From contig NC_088797.1 of NCBI RefSeq assembly GCF_011386835.1, positions 116,188,001 to 116,252,000 on the forward strand: a stretch of DNA of 64,000 nucleotides, given 5' to 3'. Positions 58,600 through 64,000 of the stretch are shown piece after piece. The DNA comes from Chrysemys picta bellii. Lineage: Eukaryota. The position numbers and the translations under genes were made by a program. The notes under the pieces were generated by a model. The model was not told the origin of the DNA, searched no databases, and worked only from the letters and a program-made list of their open reading frames with translations. How positions within the stretch are numbered: the first letter of the stretch is position 1; each line of letters begins with the position of its first letter.

Positions 58600-61500
58600 C
58601 TAGTATTTGAATTGCACATATTTTAAATATATTGAAAGGAATAAAAAACAAAAACTATATAAAAATGTACTAACTATAGATTATAAGCTTTTAGGCCTCC
58701 TGGAAATGATTGCCAAAACAGTATTATGCTAACGAACTAATAAGAATATAACAATAAATTGAATTTTGAAAAATCTCAGCCTTTAATAGCAAGAAACAAA
58801 CTCCATCAATGATTGAGGTCTACTGAATTGAAGAAAAACTTTGAATAAATCAGTTGTGTGCCAATAAGAGACTTTTCTAACCTCTGTACAGTATGTGTGT
58901 GATGGTTCATTTTATCTAGCTCTCAATCACTTCTAAGATACTGTATAGATCAAAATGAGAAACCAACTTGTGGATGTATAGTAAGTAACCGAAAGATGTA
59001 CAGAATTAAACCATGTGACCTGTGGTTACCTCTTGCTATCAAAGGCTAACAGAGCAGTGAGAAAAGACCTTTGAAGCATTATGTAAGTGTTCTGAAGTAA
59101 ATTATAATAGCCTACACAAGTGCATGCATACATCTAATGGCCACAATGAACCAGCTGATAAAATAATTTTGCCTAAGTGGTATTAAAGCAAATACAGAAA
59201 CTATTTACTCCTTTTTAATTCTAGGAACAGCTCTTGATCAAATCAGTGAAATCATATTTGAAGGGCTATATGGTCTCAACATCAATACCAAAGAATTAGC
59301 TTTCTTTGATAAAACCTTACTTATTAAATTAATATAATCTGGAGTGGAGGGAAGTGAATTTAGAGTTTCTGCAAGTGTCAAATTGACTGGCTTGAATACT
59401 GAAGTTCTTTGTCTATACAAAGAGCAATACCACTATAGTCATTCTTACATCACCCTACCCGTGTGCTTCATCCTTGTTCCTTCAGAATTCAATCTTAATC
59501 CCCTTTATTCTTTGATTGTCTTGAAACTGCCAACAATAGTGGCAATTATGATGGAAAATTTTGTAATGTGACTACCAGATCACTAGAAATCCAAATAATA
59601 TTACCAACCACATTCATTTTCTGTGAAACTGCATTTTATTGTATGCCTAGGGGTATGCAAGAAAAGATGGTATTGTCTAACTTCATACTTTAACACCCCC
59701 CTTATTCATCATTTAGCGAAGATATCCACATTTATTTCTCTAATGTCAGAAACTATTCCATCAAGGCTCTTAATTTTTCTTCTATGAATTCCTTCCAATT
59801 TGCTGATTTCCTTCTATTATTGAGGTGTTTGGAACTATATGCAGTCTTCTTCATGGTGGTGCATCAATGCCACGCAGAGAGAGACGAACAACTTCCTAAT
59901 AGCCAGTTTGGTCATGAGAAGAGGTGTTTAAGATAATGCCATGTAAAGCTTTAGATGGGTCTAAAAGCAAGAATGCTTCTATGCTTTCCTGCCTATAAAT
60001 GCATAAAAATGTCTAGGGCACTTTATATAACTATACATCAGCGAGAATCTTCTGATCTTTTTACCTTCAGAATAAAACATTTCAACACTTCAACTTTAAC
60101 TAAAGTAGCTTTCTAAGGAATGGCACAGTAAGTTATTTCATTCTCCACAGAGTCAATTATATAGCTTCAATTTACTTTGCACCACAATCAGGCTACACTG
60201 GCTCCTATGCTCTCACTTTGGTCTGGAGTGAGACTTTAAAATCTCAGGAGTTAAAGTTTAAAACTTAATCTAATCACTTCTTTCTGTGGATATTTTTGTT
60301 CTTAAATAAAAAGTGTTATATAATGACTAGTCCACAGCTCAAAGCTGCCATCTCCAGGTACTCTTCTACAATAAATTAGGTTCCTGTTCAATTTCTTGAA
60401 GATCTCAAAAAGTAAATAATCAAACTTTGTCCTAGAAAGATTTTAAAGGATTTTTAAAAGTCTGTACATTTTGAATATAGTTCAACTGAAATTCTTTCAT
60501 CTTACTCACATGTGAATACTCATTTGGCCCATACTAATTTCACAACTGATTATTTAATCATCTGTTTTATACTGCTGGTCTTGTATGTTCACTAATTGCA
60601 GATACTAATTACCAATAAATTTGGTTTCACTGAATAATATCTTTTCAGATGTGTGCCTACAGCTCTCATTATTATCATCAAGAGCTGTATGTCCACACTG
60701 AGGTTGAAATAGATCCCTATGTTATCATGTCCTTTTATTACAATTACTGCTTTTTAAAATTTTCTATATATTGCTGGTAAAAGAACATTTAAAACAGATG
60801 CAGATTACACTGAAATAGCACAAGAAAAGTATTTGTAGAGTGAAATTTAGAAGCCTTAAATTATTTGTTTAAGCATTTATTAAATCACATATTACTAGAG
60901 TGGTCACTATCTAAAAAGTTCACATTGGCCAACAGCAGTAATGACAGGAGATAATGGTTAGGGCATTTTGTCTTAAGTCAACTGAACTGGAAACCCTTTT
61001 ATATATCAGGACCTAAAACCAAGGTTCTGTGTTTCTCCTGCAAGAGTCAATGAGATTGCTAACATTTAAAGCTACCTAAAGAATTACACTGCATTCCCTG
61101 AATACCTTACGCTGCTTTAAAAGTCGGAGAGGTCTCAAACTATAGGCCAAGAAAATCTGATTTTAAAAATTGTGTTTAATTATAAGTATCGACTCCGCAT
61201 CTGTATACTGTTAATGTAAACAGGCTTTTTAATTAAAAAAAAAAAGCCTTTGAGTTTACCTTCAAGAAAGCAGCACAACAGCTTTCTCTAAGACTTAGTT
61301 CAGTTTTTCCAGAGATTCTGCCATAGCAACAAAACTGACAGTTCAGTTTACCTATACATCTTACAGTACATGATACTACTGTACTGCAATTTTATTTTTG
61401 TAATACAGCTATGGCCCTGCATGTGCTAGCAAGACGACAGTGAAATTGAAATAAGTAAATTAACAAAAAAATGTACTTCTGACGTCAACAGTTCAAATTA

Positions 61501-61790
61501 CACAAAACCATACGCTCCTATTCTGCACTATTTTACTCAGTCTCAGTTTTCAGAGTTTAGGGTCAGCTTGAAAACTGAGTTACCATCAACATTAAGAAAT
61601 GGTACAACAATCTTTCTAAGTCAGGACTGAAGAAGCTTATGGCACAAGTGTAAACCTAGAAACGAGATTATCCTCACAGTTTAAAATTTATGGCTAATCA
61701 CATTTTCAGCTTCAGACTGCCATTTGCACAATATATGATCATTAACATTGCACATGAAAGAATGAATTAAAATATTAAAATTATCCCAAC

Positions 61791-61878
61791 CTGATATAAA
61801 GCAAGACTGTGTCCATATCTCTGGAGAGGTCCTTTTGATACAGGTACTACATTCCATATGTTGCTGTCTAAATTATAG
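61791..61878 (-). CDS. ATRNL1: ATRNL1 coding exon, 88 nt (kelch region)
   Basis: Minus strand ttttag|C TAT AAT TTA GAC...TAT CAG|gttggg encodes (N)YNLDSNIWNVVPVSKGPLQRYGHSLALYQ. This matches the vertebrate ATRNL1 segment I recall as YNLESSIW...GPLQRYGHSLALYQ. Phase 2 in, phase 0 out; joins the next exon in frame. Not in the ORF track. Confidence 0.93.
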
Positions 61879-63314
61879 CTAAAAGATAAACAGAGAAGTA
61901 AACATTTTATTATCTAGAACAAAATGCTGGGTTTGGACATTTCTGGACACGTCATTTTCTTGCATTATACATACTAGACATAAAATCCCTATTTTTCTGA
62001 ATGTTTTTTCTTGCTCTGGGCTTCAATATTCTAGTATGGAATTGTGAAAATCAGGAAAATGTCACTTTATAGGCATATATCAAATAAAATTATGATTACA
62101 AGGATCCATTTGGCCAACTCTGTATTTCATGATTCATATCCTGTTCATTAATGCATACAAATATGTTTAATAGTGGCATAGTATTGTTACAATAGTATGT
62201 TTACAGTATTATTACAATAGTTAACATATGGTTTAAAACATACAGCATGTCTTTCAAAAACGAAGGTGCAATGAGACTTCATTCTTTGCTTCTATCCAAA
62301 AGGAAAGTTACCTGAAGTCATAGTTCCTTTCCTCATTTTACCATTAATGAAATCTAAAACTGATGTGCAGTGCTGATGTGCACTGTTAAATAGCTAGGGT
62401 ATTCTGCCTTAGAGGTATTTTAGGAATGGAGTGAAGCAATTACTTTGTATATATCATGTCAGATTCTATGGTCCGGCCAATAAACTGTGGGGAAGGAGGG
62501 AGACGCTTGGGGCAAAAGCAGCTTCAAGCCACTTTGCTTTCCAGCTTCTCTCCTAATAGCGACTATATAAAATTGTACCAGATGCTAAAAGACCAGCTTT
62601 AGGCCTACTTTGTGCCAACAGAGCAGTACAAAACAGTCACAGCACACTGGAGTATCGGGCCTATAGTTTGTAAAATGTTTTGGGATGACCATTGCTATAC
62701 GTATACTATATTTTTATTGAATTTTCCAAATTCCCTTAATATACTGATTTTGCCAAGAAAATTCCTCTTTCTTGGTCAAAGAGCTTTCATTTATTTCGAG
62801 AAACCCTGAATCATTGTTTTAAGCATATATCTCTTGCCAAGACAGGTGAACAAAGTTATAATTTGATTCTAATTAGCACTCCCACCAGTTGTTAAGTAGT
62901 CCCTTCCTTCCTGCCTGTGAAAACAGCAGAGAAATCACTTCCAAAATCCTCTTATTATTTCAAGCAAACATCAGCATCAAAAGGAACTAGCATCTGGAAT
63001 GTGAGACGTTTGATCACAAGGCTGCATGTGTAAAATTATAAGTCATTCTTGATAAAACTGAATTACAAAATATTACATGACACAAATATTCTAATTTAAA
63101 CATATTAAGCACCAGTACTGAAAAAACAAAAGGGACAAATTCTTCTCTGAGTGATGCATGCACAAACGGAGAGTAATCCTATCGACTTTAATTATTTCCA
63201 ATAAATACTGAGGTAACTCACAGCAGAATTTGGCCCACAGTATTTTACTTTAGTCCTAGAAACTCACATTGTTTCTCTTAGTACTTTAATCTTGCTTTTT
63301 CATGCACTTCCTCC

Positions 63315-64000
63315 TTCCACCACCGTCACTCTGTCTCATCGAATCTTGTACAGTACTCAAGGTAAAGCGGTAGCGGAAGAAAGACACAGTTGAGTTGGTC
63401 CTACCATGGGTGTAGGAGGGCATCAACCTCTGGTGGCTGAGGGCTCCCCTGGAGCAGTATGTTTTGCATTTGCTGATCACTTGCAAAGTGAACAGATTTC
63501 TGGCAGAAATCCCCCACTGAGTGAAAATGTCATGTACTACCAAATTGTGAAGTTCCCACTCCTGGTTGAGCACAAAATGTCTGCTGAGCGAGTCTGAGAA
63601 TACCTTCTGTGTCCCAGGTACATAGGCTGCAGACAAGAGTATTTGGTGGTTAATGTAACAATTCCAGAGATTGATCACCTCTGCGCTTAATGCGGATGAA
63701 CTCGTCCCTCCCTGTTTGTTGATGTAAAAAACAGTGGTGGTGTTGTCAGATGTAGTGAGGTGGTGTGGCCTCCCTCCTAGCCAGAGGAGGAGGGACCAGT
63801 CTCTCCGCCCACTGGGCAGTGTCCAACCGGGCCCGGCCCTCCCACCAGAAGTTGAGAGGCGGTGCAGGAAGTACAAAAGGTGGAGCTCCCAGCCCAGGGA
63901 GGCTGAACCAGAGAAGGAGACAGACATGTCCTGCTTGCTACTGCCCGCAGACCCTGCAGCCGAGCCAGATGGCGGCCTGGACCTAGAGAAGCTGAGGTTA
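63315..64000 (-). mobile_element. DIRS copy E fragment (RNase H tail plus start of methyltransferase-like domain); continues past the window end
   Basis: SDNTTTVFYINKQGGTSSSALSAEVINLWN..AAYVPG..SDSLSRHF..EWEL..DIFTQWG..NLF..KCKTYCSR. Confidence 0.85.

Noticed and set aside
58700-60600. Possible ancient LINE RT remnant (NLISKVLSKKA-like text at 59238-59420); similar hints near 54.2-54.6 kb
   Set aside because: Similarity is too weak to call by eye; a profile-HMM or RepeatMasker search is needed.

Overview
Eukaryotic, TE-rich intronic DNA, most likely from a turtle (inferred from the repeat families: Penelope pLTRs, DIRS, Harbinger, hAT MITEs, CR1, RTE). The host gene is ATRNL1 (attractin-like 1) on the minus strand. 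It has three kelch-region coding exons: 61878-61791 (88 nt, too short for the ORF track), 33108-32853 (256 nt) and 12753-12570 (184 nt). All are GT-AG and their phases (2-0, 0-1, 1-2) join into one reading frame. The introns are 28.7 kb, 20.1 kb and >12.5 kb. They hold five DIRS tyrosine-recombinase retrotransposon copies, all co-oriented with the gene. They also hold one young 5'-truncated Penelope element with an open RT/GIY-YIG frame, several tiny Penelope insertions carrying hammerhead-like motifs, two copies of one Harbinger family, an RTE LINE, a CR1 fragment, a fold-back hAT, many MITEs, two LTR-like segments and one 134-N gap. Most interesting: (1) a reconstructed third, spliced ~101-aa ORF lying antisense inside the Harbinger Myb-gene intron, with splice signals kept in both copies; (2) a stereotyped inverted-pLTR micro-insertion architecture with 11-14 bp TSDs and minimal hammerhead motifs whose core Gs are lost at CpG sites; (3) a possible in-frame Harbinger exon trap for ATRNL1; (4) a hAT built from two 3' ends. 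All alignments were done by eye, so boundaries without TSDs are approximate.
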